Positions 36,039 to 45,217 of a DNA stretch of 64,000 nt are shown piece by piece. The stretch is from Pseudomonadota bacterium. Lineage in GTDB: Bacteria; Bdellovibrionota_B; Oligoflexia; Oligoflexales; RGVZ01. The stretch lies in NCBI GenBank assembly GCA_041178085.1, contig JBEGVZ010000085.1, forward strand, positions 82,229-146,228. The letters run 5' to 3'. Numbering within the stretch: the first letter of the stretch is position 1; each line of letters starts with the position of its first letter. The notes under the pieces are model-generated. The model did not search any database. It saw only the letters and a program-made list of their open reading frames with translations, and was not told the DNA's origin. The position numbers and the translations under genes were made by a program.

Positions 36039-37004
36039 CTACTTCCTCACCCGCAGCTTTTCCCGTGATTGTTCGAGCTGGGGCAGCAAGTCCGGATCAG
36101 TAGAAGCCAGCTTCATGAAAATTTCGAAATGTTTTTTCGCCTGCTGGGGATTTTTATCTTCAAGGACTTCTCCCAGCATGAAGTGGGCTTCCGCCATCTC
36201 AGGCCTGACACGAATGGCCTTTTCAAGAAAGTCAGAAGCCTTGTCCATTTGTCCCTTATGCCGCGAGACGCGGGCCATTCCGTAAAGCGCGCTGGCGGTC
36301 AGCGGGGCCTCTCTCAGGGCAGCGGCGTAGGCGTCTCCGGCACGCGCATGGTTGCCGGTCTCAAGGAAAACATCCCCTTCAACGCTCCTCAGAAACGGAA
36401 GCGCCGTTCGGTCGCTGCCCCTTGCGGCAAGCTGTACCGTTTGCAAGGCCTCATCAAATCGCCTGAGCTTGATCATCGTGCGGGCCACGATGACGGCCGC
36501 CTGCGGGTCTTTCGGATCGATCTCCTGGAGTTTCCGTCCGTTGGTGAGGGCCTCGGCGTAGTAGCGGATCTTGTAGAAGCTCCAGGCAAGTGCCTTGAGC
36601 GCACGGGGGTCGGCAGGTCGTGCCCGCAGCGACTGCTGATAGCGGTAAATTGCATCGCCGTAGCGACCCTCTGCCCTGCAGGCTTCGCCTAGATAGTAGT
36701 TGGCATCGAAATCGGACGGGTACCGTTCCGCGGCTTTTTCAAGGCTTCTGATTGCATTTGGATAGTCGCCTGTCTTCACTTGCATGATGCCAAGGTTACG
36801 TAAGGCAGCCGCATTACCTGGTTCGACTGCAAGTGCCTTCCGGTACTGATCCATCGCTTCCCGCAGTAGTCCCTGTTTTGCATATTCATTGCCAAGGGTG
36901 ACAGCGGAGCTGCCCGAGGTGGTTTGGCACCCTGAAAACACGGAAAAAGTCGTGATCAGCATGATCAGGACAGGCAGAAACCCGCGGATAACGCTTGATG
37001 CCAT
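36039..37004 (-). CDS. TPR-repeat lipoprotein
   Basis: Lipobox VFSGC follows an N-terminal hydrophobic stretch. At least 7 TPR repeats are present. Confidence 0.8.
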   Translation of the reverse strand: MASSVIRGFLPVLIMLITTFSVFSGCQTTSGSSAVTLGNEYAKQGLLREAMDQYRKALAVEPGNAAALRNLGIMQVKTGDYPNAIRSLEKAAERYPSDFDANYYLGEACRAEGRYGDAIYRYQQSLRARPADPRALKALAWSFYKIRYYAEALTNGRKLQEIDPKDPQAAVIVARTMIKLRRFDEALQTVQLAARGSDRTALPFLRSVEGDVFLETGNHARAGDAYAAALREAPLTASALYGMARVSRHKGQMDKASDFLEKAIRVRPEMAEAHFMLGEVLEDKNPQQAKKHFEIFMKLASTDPDLLPQLEQSREKLRVRK

Positions 37005-37102
37005 CAGTCAGGCCTCCAGAAAAGTGGGAGAGACCAGACCATTCTATCAGGATTTGACAGTAGATTGTCCCAAAGCCAGGCTCGGGGACCCTGCGGGGCG
37101 AG

Positions 37103-37441
37103 TCAGATGCCGTCTTTTACGTAGCGTTCCTCGTAAAGGGACCAGCAACGGTCGTCTGAGGAATAGAATGCCAACACGACCTGGTTGTGCTGGTATTCCT
37201 TGTACTTGGCTAGACGGTAAACGTAGTAGCGTAGCTTTGTCGCTCCGCTCCTTCCGCTTACCATTCGGTCTGGCGCGGGCATGAAGTCATCGAGAAAATA
37301 GCACTCGTTGGGTGTATTCTTGAGGAACGGCAGCGCTACCGGCTCTTCCGGCTTGACCGCTACGCTTGCCTGGCAAGCAGTCAGTAAAACAAGCCCGGTG
37401 AGGGCAGCGAACCTTAGCAAATTTTGATGTCTCGTTCTCAT
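37103..37441 (-). CDS. small lipoprotein (112 aa)
   Basis: Signal peptide with lipobox LLTAC. No family recognised. Confidence 0.6.
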   Translation of the reverse strand: MRTRHQNLLRFAALTGLVLLTACQASVAVKPEEPVALPFLKNTPNECYFLDDFMPAPDRMVSGRSGATKLRYYVYRLAKYKEYQHNQVVLAFYSSDDRCWSLYEERYVKDGI

Positions 37442-37459
37442 GTAAGGGGGATCGGCACC

Positions 37460-38749
37460 ATGTGGGACAAGCTTAAGCGCAAGGGGCCAGTCATTTTTCG
37501 CAGTTTGGCGAAATTCTCACCATTTTCCCGCAAAAACGTGGTCTTTGGTATCACCGTTTTTTTGTGTCCAGCCTGCGCGCTGTTCCAGGGCAAGGAAAAA
37601 TACACGTGGGCTGAACTTGATGGAGCGCGCGATTTGGAATGCATTGAGTGGCCAGGTGTGGAGGATATGGCTTCCCTGGCTGACGTGGTTATTCAGGGTC
37701 CGCAGGGTGCAAGCGGCGTGGGCAGCGTGGTCGGAACTGGCATCGACCGGAAAGGTCGTCATGCCTTGGCTATTGGAAGGTTCAGGCCTGCCAAAAGTCT
37801 GTCATCCGACGATGTCGCCGTACTGTCTTTTAAAGGAAAACCTCCACGGATCATCCAGGGCAACTGCGCCCTTGGGTCGCGACAGGAATTTTCTCCTGAC
37901 ACTCCGGATGAAATCCGTGAGTCCCCTCTTTTCCTTCTGACCAATGGCGAGCCGGAGTCGCTGCAGCTGCGACGTGCAGCGGACAACAATGTGCTTGCAA
38001 CCAGCGCGCCCTTGCCTGCGGCAGTGCGCGCCGACACCGCAATTGCCACCGGAACCGGATGCATGCTGATGGCGCGTGACGAGGAAGATCAGCCAAGTCT
38101 GTTTCACGTGCAGGATGGAGACAAGCTGCTGCCAGTCAACCTCGCTGCCATGAAAGTCCCCTTTCCCAAGGGAAGGTGGCTCAAGGCGACACGCCAGAAG
38201 GATCAAAGTGTCTTGGTTGTGGCAGTCCCTGGCGACGGTTTGAAGGGGGCTCAGGAAGTCCCGTGGGCATTGATACACGGATCGGCCCTGAAATCGGCCG
38301 GTGTCGTGAGCTTCAAAACGGCCTTGGGGGTAGACGGCGCGGACGTTCTGCCGGTTGAGGGCGGCATCTACTTGATTGCCGTGGGCGGTGACAGCCTGGT
38401 CGGGGAGGCCAAACTTCATCTTTCTTTTTACAATGCAGATCAGCAAGTTACGGCTCCGGTATGGTCCCATACCGTGACGTTGGAGCATGTTCATTTGGCG
38501 CCCCCGCGCCTGGTTCGCAGGGGACCAACGGGCGCCTTTGCCCTGCTCCCGAAATGGGTTGACCGCGAGAGTACCGTTGGGTCATACAGGCTGAGCCCCA
38601 AGGGTTTCAAGCAGTCCGAAAACCGGGGGGTTTTTCCGGAGCCAGCGAGCATCCTGGACACAGTAGAGACGTCCGTTGGCGCTTTGGCCCTGGTAAAGTT
38701 CAGGCGAGATAAAGACTGGCAACATAACCTTTGTGAAATCGACTGGTGA
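37460..38749 (+). CDS. hypothetical membrane-anchored/exported protein (429 aa)
   Basis: Trimmed to Met13 (AAGGGGGA upstream), which avoids overlap with the divergent gene. The N-terminus has a hydrophobic segment VVFGITVFLCPACALF. No family recognised. Confidence 0.6.
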   Translation: MWDKLKRKGPVIFRSLAKFSPFSRKNVVFGITVFLCPACALFQGKEKYTWAELDGARDLECIEWPGVEDMASLADVVIQGPQGASGVGSVVGTGIDRKGRHALAIGRFRPAKSLSSDDVAVLSFKGKPPRIIQGNCALGSRQEFSPDTPDEIRESPLFLLTNGEPESLQLRRAADNNVLATSAPLPAAVRADTAIATGTGCMLMARDEEDQPSLFHVQDGDKLLPVNLAAMKVPFPKGRWLKATRQKDQSVLVVAVPGDGLKGAQEVPWALIHGSALKSAGVVSFKTALGVDGADVLPVEGGIYLIAVGGDSLVGEAKLHLSFYNADQQVTAPVWSHTVTLEHVHLAPPRLVRRGPTGAFALLPKWVDRESTVGSYRLSPKGFKQSENRGVFPEPASILDTVETSVGALALVKFRRDKDWQHNLCEIDW

Positions 38750-39635
38750 TTTTTTCGTGTCTGTGCGCAGCCATCCCATTGCAGTTTTTGCTGGCGACAT
38801 AAAGATCGCCCATTCCATCTTTGCGCTGCCCTTTGCCATCGTCGGGGTAATCCTTTCTGGTGCGGGCCTGCCAACGCCTGAAACAGTGTCATTGCTGCTG
38901 GTGGCCATGGTCTCAGCTCGAAGTTTCGCCATGGGTGCAAACCGCCTGCTCGATGCGGATGTCGATGCGATGAACCCAAGGACGCGGATGCGTGCAGTTC
39001 CTTCTGGCCGCCTTGATTTGCGCTCAGGATGGATCATCACGGTTGCGGCCGCCGCAGTGTTCATCGCCGCGGCTTTTGCCCTGTCGCCACTTTGTGGTGG
39101 GTTGTCTTTTCCGCTGCTCTTGATTCTTGCTTTCTACTCACACATGAAGCGCCTCAGCTGGCTCACCCACTGGTATCTCGGACTTTGCCTTGGCCTTGCA
39201 CCGGTGGCCGCCTCGATCGCATTGACCGGCGGGGTAACTTTGCCTGCGGTGCTCGTTGCTATCGCGGTGACCATGTGGACAGCCGGCTTTGACATTCTTT
39301 ACTCACTGCAGGACCGGTCTTTTGATGAAGAAAATGGGCTGCACAGCGTGCCAGCACGCTTCGGTGTCAGACGCTCACTTTGGATCAGCCGTATCGCCTT
39401 TGGTGCGATGATTGCCCTGCTTCTTGCCGCCGGTATTCTGTCTGGGGCCGGGCTTCCATGGTATGCGGGTGTTGCTGGAGTTGCAGCACTTCTGTGCTGG
39501 GAGCATTGGATATTGCGTGACTCGGCGGGCACGGTTGATGGCAAGATCATCGACAAAGCTTTCTTCACTGCGAATGCCTGGGTCAGTGTTGTTTTCTGTG
39601 CAGCCGCAGTCCTTGACCGGGTGATCGCGCAATGA
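38733..39635 (+). CDS. UbiA-family aromatic prenyltransferase (4-hydroxybenzoate polyprenyltransferase-like)
   Basis: NRLLDADVDAMNPRTRMRAVPSG is the first Asp-rich motif and DILYSLQDRSFD the second. There are about 8 TM helices. A GTG at 38760 is an alternative start. Confidence 0.88.
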   Translation: MKSTGDFFVSVRSHPIAVFAGDIKIAHSIFALPFAIVGVILSGAGLPTPETVSLLLVAMVSARSFAMGANRLLDADVDAMNPRTRMRAVPSGRLDLRSGWIITVAAAAVFIAAAFALSPLCGGLSFPLLLILAFYSHMKRLSWLTHWYLGLCLGLAPVAASIALTGGVTLPAVLVAIAVTMWTAGFDILYSLQDRSFDEENGLHSVPARFGVRRSLWISRIAFGAMIALLLAAGILSGAGLPWYAGVAGVAALLCWEHWILRDSAGTVDGKIIDKAFFTANAWVSVVFCAAAVLDRVIAQ

Positions 39636-40270
39636 ACCAGGCTTCGATTCCTTCGCGCAGACTTTTGATCGGTATCACCGGTGCGTCGGGAAGCATTTAC
39701 GCAGAACGCTTGATCCAGCAATGTATCAAGACATTTCCGCGGATTTACATCGTTGCTACGGACGCGGCCGTCAAGGTCGCAGAGCATGAACTTTCCAGAC
39801 CCTCCGGTGATGCGGTCGATGGATTTTCACTCAGGCAGGCGTTTGCAGGAGACGTGAAGCCGGAATACCGAGACATCATTCGCTTGCTCAAGAACGACGA
39901 TCTGTTTGCTCCGGTTGCAAGTGGTTCTTCGGCTCCTACAGACATGGTAGTAGTTCCGTGTTCGATGGGGTCATTGGCGCGGATTGCCCAAGGGCAGTCA
40001 ACCAACCTTCTGGAGCGCGCTGCCGATGTCGTGCTCAAGCAGCGCCGTCGCCTGGTCATGGTCCCGCGGGAAACGCCTTTGAACAGCATACACCTGCGGA
40101 ACATGCTAACGCTTAGTGACATGGGCGTGGCGATGGTTCCCGCCATGCCAGCCTTTTACCAGTATCCAAAGTCCGTGGACGACATGATCGATTTTGTTGT
40201 TGGCCGCATCTTGGAGCTGATCGATGTCGATCATGAACTCTACCGGCCCTGGAACGCGCGCCTGCGCTGA
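39632..40270 (+). CDS. ubiX: flavin prenyltransferase UbiX
   Basis: GITGASGSIYA and VVPCSMGSLARIAQG motifs are present. The start overlaps the UbiA stop (ATGA). Confidence 0.93.
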   Translation: MNQASIPSRRLLIGITGASGSIYAERLIQQCIKTFPRIYIVATDAAVKVAEHELSRPSGDAVDGFSLRQAFAGDVKPEYRDIIRLLKNDDLFAPVASGSSAPTDMVVVPCSMGSLARIAQGQSTNLLERAADVVLKQRRRLVMVPRETPLNSIHLRNMLTLSDMGVAMVPAMPAFYQYPKSVDDMIDFVVGRILELIDVDHELYRPWNARLR

Positions 40271-40290
40271 TCAGCGTTCATTCTGGCAAA

Positions 40291-41523
40291 TCATTTGAGT
40301 AGCTGTGCGTTAACAAACCCTGCCTTGTGCAGGGCATCCATGATACCCCGCTGATGTTCCCGGCCAGTTGTCTCGAGGTCCACATCCACGCGGACCTCGT
40401 CGTAATACGACAGTCCTGACATCCGGTTGTGGACGACCTCCATCAGGTTTCCGCCCTGCTTGCTCAAGATGTCAAGGAACTGAACGAGCTTGCCCGGCCG
40501 GTCTTCAATGATGCAAGAAAGCTGCATGAGACGTCCGGAGCGCACGAGGCCACGGGCGGTAATTTTTTGGATCAGGTTCACGTCGATGTTGCCTCCCGAC
40601 ACGATGCAGACAATCGATTCAGGCTTTGTCGCATCCGTCCGGATTTTGCCCGCACCTGCAAGCTTGACCAGCGCGGCAGCTGTGACAGCGCCACAACCCT
40701 CTGCCAGCAAATGATCGTGTTCCATCAGTGCCATCAGCGAGTCAGCGATTTCGTCCTCGGATACGAGGATCACTTCATCGACGCATTTCTGGATCAGGTC
40801 GAACGTAAGTTCACTTGGCTTCTTCACGGCAATGCCATCTGCGATGGTACGATGCTTCTCTGCCGGGATGATTTTACCCGCCTGCAGACTTTTTTGGACG
40901 GACGGGTAGGCCTCTGTCTGGACTCCGATGATCCGGGTCTCTGGACGTTTCTGCTTGTAGGCGCAGGCAATGCCGCTGATCAGGCCGCCGCCGCCAATAG
41001 GGATGATGATCGTGGTTGCATCGGGCACCTGCTCAAAAAGTTCCAGTGCTACAGTCCCCTGCCCGGCAATCACCAGCGGGTCATCAAATGCGTGTACGAA
41101 CCGCGCCCCCGTTTTCTTCTGGAACTCGATGGCTGCGTTGTAGGCTTCGTCGTAACTGTCACCTTGCATCACGATCGATGCCCCAAGGTTACGGGTTGAC
41201 TGTGCCTTTACGAATGGTGTCCTGGCAGGCATGAAGATGGTCGCCCCGACTCCCAGTCGCCGGCAAATGTGGGCGACTCCCTGCGCATGATTCCCCGCGC
41301 TGGCAGCAACTACCCCCTTTTCCAGATCGCCACGCGGCGTCGAAAGCAGGGAATTGGTGGCACCCCTGATCTTGAAGGAACCCGAGAGGTTCAGATTTTC
41401 AAGTTTCAAGTGAACTTTAGATTTCGCCAAATCTTCGAGGAAATAGGAGCGTTTTACGGGAGTTGGCGTAACCACTTCCCCGATTCGACGGTGCGCATCG
41501 ATGATCTTCGAGATGTCAATCAT
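40291..41523 (-). CDS. ilvA: threonine ammonia-lyase (threonine dehydratase), single ACT-like domain form
   Basis: It has the PLP-lysine motif SGSFKIRGA, a GGGGLISG loop and a C-terminal ACT-like domain. Trimmed to Met86 because the upstream 85 aa are low-complexity junk. Confidence 0.9.
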   Translation of the reverse strand: MIDISKIIDAHRRIGEVVTPTPVKRSYFLEDLAKSKVHLKLENLNLSGSFKIRGATNSLLSTPRGDLEKGVVAASAGNHAQGVAHICRRLGVGATIFMPARTPFVKAQSTRNLGASIVMQGDSYDEAYNAAIEFQKKTGARFVHAFDDPLVIAGQGTVALELFEQVPDATTIIIPIGGGGLISGIACAYKQKRPETRIIGVQTEAYPSVQKSLQAGKIIPAEKHRTIADGIAVKKPSELTFDLIQKCVDEVILVSEDEIADSLMALMEHDHLLAEGCGAVTAAALVKLAGAGKIRTDATKPESIVCIVSGGNIDVNLIQKITARGLVRSGRLMQLSCIIEDRPGKLVQFLDILSKQGGNLMEVVHNRMSGLSYYDEVRVDVDLETTGREHQRGIMDALHKAGFVNAQLLK

Positions 41524-41598
41524 GAACGTTTGCCATTTCCCCGGGCTAAAATAAGAAAACCGGCCCTTAAACTTATCGCGACCTTTCAGGAGTTCGCA

Positions 41599-42363
41599 AT
41601 GGCTGTCGTCTGGATCGTCGAGAACCCAACACCAAACAGCAGTGGCCTGACCCGCCTTGTGTGCGGAATAGCGGCCGTACGGGCCTTCGCCTCCGTCCGC
41701 TCCCTGGTCAGGGTGTCGGCTTGCGATCCTATCCCTGCCGGGGCTGCACCCCGGGTGATTCTCGTGGACCAGACACAATTGCCTGACGCTGGCGCGCTTA
41801 CTCCGGTGGCAAGGGAACTTTGCAATATCTTTGCGCGCAACGGGTGGCCGGAGCCAGCGGTGGTGCTGGTGGGTTCAGGGGCAGAGCCGCTTGAGTATCC
41901 GGTGGCGGCATCCATCTCGGCCCATCAGGCGGTCGATTGTGTTCGTCAATTGATCTCCATCAGTCGTGACCCTGTCAGCGTGGCCCGCCAGTTACGGTCT
42001 GGCGATCTATTGCTCGACCTGGATGGTTGCCGGGTAAGCTGCATTGCCTGTGGTGCGAAGGATAGCCTTTCCCCGACGGAGTCCCGCCTGTTGCGCGCGC
42101 TCCTCGAGCAGGGCGAAGCCGTCGCCACAAGGAAGACGGTCATGGATGCCGTATGGGGGGGGACTCGCGTCGCCGCCCGAACTCTTGATGCCCATGTGTC
42201 ACGCTTGCGTAAGAGAATCGAATTCACCGGTATGAGGATCGAAAGCTCCTACGGCGACGGGTACCGATTGACCAATAGCGGGGGATGCGAGGCGGCCCGT
42301 GGCCGCTTGACCGCCTCGCGTGGCGGTTCGACCAGCATTGGTCGCGCGGCTAAATCCGTGTAA
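41599..42363 (+). CDS. OmpR/PhoB-type winged-helix regulator with degenerate receiver-like N-domain
   Basis: The C-terminus LSPTESRLLRALLEQGEAVATRKTVMDAVWG...LDAHVSRLRKRI...GDGYRL is a trans_reg_C domain. Trimmed to Met111 (AGGAG 7 nt upstream). The N-domain has EN instead of the acidic DD pair. Confidence 0.7.
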   Translation: MAVVWIVENPTPNSSGLTRLVCGIAAVRAFASVRSLVRVSACDPIPAGAAPRVILVDQTQLPDAGALTPVARELCNIFARNGWPEPAVVLVGSGAEPLEYPVAASISAHQAVDCVRQLISISRDPVSVARQLRSGDLLLDLDGCRVSCIACGAKDSLSPTESRLLRALLEQGEAVATRKTVMDAVWGGTRVAARTLDAHVSRLRKRIEFTGMRIESSYGDGYRLTNSGGCEAARGRLTASRGGSTSIGRAAKSV

Positions 42364-42508
42364 GGCATGGACCGGGCCAATTTGGCGCGGTCTCAAGTTG
42401 CTGATTTCCTGTCTTGTTGTTATTTCCGCAATGAATGGTGGCGGGATCTTTGACCGCCCTTGGCTCGCGGCCGGTGCCATGATCCCGGTCGCAACTGGAG
42501 TTTTTACG

Positions 42509-44035
42509 ATGGCCGTCGGGTCTTTGCCTCTCTTGTTTGTCGACGATGACCCGTTTCTGCGGGAAAAGGTTACGCGTGAACTTGACGGGGCAACGTCCTT
42601 CGATGGCAGGGCCTTTCAGGTCTTTCAAAGTGCGGACGCAGCCATGGCGCTTTCCATGGCGCCGGCGATCTCCCGCCAGTCATCTGGAAATTTCATCTCC
42701 CTGACCGACTTGTCACTTGATGGCAAGCCAAAGTCAGGGATGAGCCTGATCCGGGAACTGCGCCGGGAATATCCCTCGGCGTGCATCATTGCATTCTCTG
42801 ATTTTGACGATCCCCAGACTGTGCGCGAGTGCTTGATCTCCGGTGCAGACGATTTCATCTCGAAGCGATCCGAGGGACACGAGTTGATCCATCGGGTTAA
42901 CATGGCGGGTAATGTGCTCCGGCATGCGCGGCTTGAAAATTCGCGCACATCCCAGGAAAGTTCGCGGATTCACATCAGCCCGACCATTGCAGCCATCCAG
43001 CAACGGGCTGCCCGCATTGTCCCTTCCGCGGTTTCCTCGGTTCTAGTCTACGGTGAATCAGGCACCGGCAAGGAAGTCGTGGCGGATGTTTTTGCCAGTC
43101 TGGTCGGCAGCAAGGGGCCGTTTCTGCGCGTCAATTGCGGAGCAATTGCGCCGACCCTACTGGAGAGTGAGTTGTTTGGACACGTACGCGGGGCATTCAC
43201 CGGGGCGACATCAGACCGGCGCGGTTTCTTTGAGGCGGCATCTGGAGGTTGGATATTTCTTGACGAAGTGGCAACCCTCACGCCATCGGCCCAGGTGGCT
43301 CTGTTGCGTGTGCTGGAGAACCAGGAAGTTGTTCGCCTGGGGTCTTCGCGCCCAGTGACCGTATCGGTTCGCATCATTGCGGCTACCAATGAACGGCTCG
43401 ATGCCCTTGTTGCATCCGGGAAGTTTCGCAAGGACCTCTGGCAAAGGCTTCGTGAGGTGGAAATTGAATTGACGCCACTTCGAGATCGCCGCCGAGAGGT
43501 TGCGGGCCTTGTCCAGCATTTCTGCGCGACGATGCCGGGCGGTCCGTATGAAGTCACCGAGCCGGTCATGGAGATTCTCGGCGCCGCCTCCTGGTCGGAT
43601 GGGAACATCCGTGAACTCAGGAATTGTTTACGCGCCATGACTGAGTTCGCAACGCCCGACCGGCGGTTGACGCCCCTCTCTTTACCCAAGTGGCTGTGGC
43701 AGGATCCCGGGGTTGTAAAAGGGGAAGCCAGGCCGGGTGGTGACGACGATGTCGCTGGGCGGATGCCTGGTGCGATGAAGCAGCTAGTCCTCGACGTGCC
43801 GCCATCCTTGGCAAATCCCTATCATTTCGAGGATCTTGCCGATCTTGCGCTGGTGACGTTGATCCGCAGGATTTTCCGCGAAAGGGGCAAGGTATCGTTG
43901 AGGTCTCTATCGAGGATCGTTGGTCTTTCGCGCGGCACCATTGCGACAAAGCTCAGGGCCGCTGCGGACAAGGGAATCTTTGCCGTGGATGAAATGCAAA
44001 GCCTGTTCGCCATGCAGGGACCGGAAGACAAGTAG
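42509..44035 (+). CDS. sigma54-dependent response regulator (NtrC family enhancer-binding protein)
   Basis: It has a receiver (LLFVDDD...SLTDLSLDG), an AAA+ module GESGTGKEVVA, the GAFTGA motif and a C-terminal HTH. Trimmed to Met64 (GGAG upstream). Met38 and Met54 are possible alternative starts. Confidence 0.9.
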   Translation: MAVGSLPLLFVDDDPFLREKVTRELDGATSFDGRAFQVFQSADAAMALSMAPAISRQSSGNFISLTDLSLDGKPKSGMSLIRELRREYPSACIIAFSDFDDPQTVRECLISGADDFISKRSEGHELIHRVNMAGNVLRHARLENSRTSQESSRIHISPTIAAIQQRAARIVPSAVSSVLVYGESGTGKEVVADVFASLVGSKGPFLRVNCGAIAPTLLESELFGHVRGAFTGATSDRRGFFEAASGGWIFLDEVATLTPSAQVALLRVLENQEVVRLGSSRPVTVSVRIIAATNERLDALVASGKFRKDLWQRLREVEIELTPLRDRRREVAGLVQHFCATMPGGPYEVTEPVMEILGAASWSDGNIRELRNCLRAMTEFATPDRRLTPLSLPKWLWQDPGVVKGEARPGGDDDVAGRMPGAMKQLVLDVPPSLANPYHFEDLADLALVTLIRRIFRERGKVSLRSLSRIVGLSRGTIATKLRAAADKGIFAVDEMQSLFAMQGPEDK

Positions 44036-44060
44036 GGTTTTCCCGCACCATCTTTCCCGG

Positions 44061-44444
44061 TCAGTTGCCGGAGGTGGTCTCTTCGGTTGGGGCTGCCCCG
44101 TTCAGCCTTTCCTGCCAGCCTTTTCGGCGGAAGAACTTGCCGCGAAACTTCTTGTGATTCGGGTTTTCGACCAAAAACCCCTTCCCTCGTTCATCGTCCA
44201 CCCACTCAAGGGTTGATCCCCGGACAAACTGCACCGTTTCAGGGTCGATGATGACGGTGACGGCACCAAATGTGACGGTGACATCTTTCTCTTCGCGCTG
44301 GTCAAAAGTGACACCGTAGTCAAAACCGTCACATCCTTTGCCTGATAGGTAGATCCTGAGGTCAAGATTTGACCAATCTTGGTTGCTATCCCGCAGGGTG
44401 ATCGCTGCGGCAACGGCATTTTCAGTGAGCGTAATCGGGTTCAT
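44061..44444 (-). CDS. HesB/IscA-like protein (single-Cys variant)
   Basis: It shows LRIYLSGKGCDGFDYG and GFLVENPN, which are HesB-fold motifs, but lacks the C-terminal CGCG motif. Trimmed to Met42. It starts 5 nt after the yhhQ stop. Confidence 0.75.
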   Translation of the reverse strand: MNPITLTENAVAAAITLRDSNQDWSNLDLRIYLSGKGCDGFDYGVTFDQREEKDVTVTFGAVTVIIDPETVQFVRGSTLEWVDDERGKGFLVENPNHKKFRGKFFRRKGWQERLNGAAPTEETTSGN

Positions 44445-44449
44445 GGTGG

Positions 44450-45136
44450 TCAAACTTTCATGCTGAACGGAGTGAAGTTGGTGTTGTGATCGAAATAGTC
44501 TTCGTTCTCTGCCCGTTTGATCGCTGCAACAATCCGGTACGTCAAGGGGGTCGCAAGAACCTCCCACATGACTTTCAGGATGTAGTTGGTTACGGCCACT
44601 GTGACCAGCATTTTCGTGTCCCAGATGCCGAAGAAGGCAAGTGGATAAAAGATTGTTGAATCAACGGCTTCCCCGGCGACTGTGGAGCCAATGGTCCGGG
44701 TCCACAGGTGTTTTCCTTTGGTCAGGATCTTGAGCTTGGCAAGGACGAACGAGTTTGTGAATTCCCCGGCAAAGTAGGCGATCATGGAAGCAGCGACGAT
44801 GCGGGGGGTCGATCCGAAGACCTGTTCGATGGCAGTCTGCCCTGTATATCCCTCTGCGGGCGGCAGCTTCAAGACCACCTGGGTCATGAATGCCGAAAAG
44901 ATCAGTGCGCCAAAACCAGCCCAGACTACCCTGCGCGAGCGCGCATAACCGTAGACTTCAGTCAGGATGTCGCCAAAAAGGTAGCTCAGCGGAAAAAAAA
45001 GATTCCCGCCGCCAAAAGTCAATCCGCCCAGGGTGACGACCTTGCTGACCCCAATCAGGTTGGCACACAGGAGTACGGTGACAAAGGCTGCCATGATCAG
45101 GTCGTAGTATTTATAGTTCCGTCTTGAGTCGGGCAT
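44450..45136 (-). CDS. yhhQ: queuosine-precursor transporter YhhQ family (DUF165)
   Basis: 228 aa after trimming to Met40. It is polytopic and shows LSYLFGDILTEVYGY and STVAGEAVDS, which are typical of YhhQ. Confidence 0.85.
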   Translation of the reverse strand: MPDSRRNYKYYDLIMAAFVTVLLCANLIGVSKVVTLGGLTFGGGNLFFPLSYLFGDILTEVYGYARSRRVVWAGFGALIFSAFMTQVVLKLPPAEGYTGQTAIEQVFGSTPRIVAASMIAYFAGEFTNSFVLAKLKILTKGKHLWTRTIGSTVAGEAVDSTIFYPLAFFGIWDTKMLVTVAVTNYILKVMWEVLATPLTYRIVAAIKRAENEDYFDHNTNFTPFSMKV

Positions 45137-45217
45137 CCGGTTTCCTTCTGGTTTGTTTGGTTGCCTGCCTATGGCCGGCTGCCTGTTCCGGGTTAAAATA
45201 AGGACCTGCAGTGGGCA

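Noticed and set aside
41269-41598. N-terminal 110 aa of ORF 41269..42363
   Set aside because: This part lies antisense inside ilvA. A Met with an AGGAG RBS at 41599 gives a normally sized OmpR-type regulator.
45137-45217. Possible preQ1 riboswitch upstream of yhhQ
   Set aside because: yhhQ genes are often preceded by preQ1 riboswitches. The leader is A/C-rich (AACCAAACAAACCAGAAGG), but I could not fold a P1 hairpin or pseudoknot matching preQ1-I or -II. An Rfam scan would settle it.
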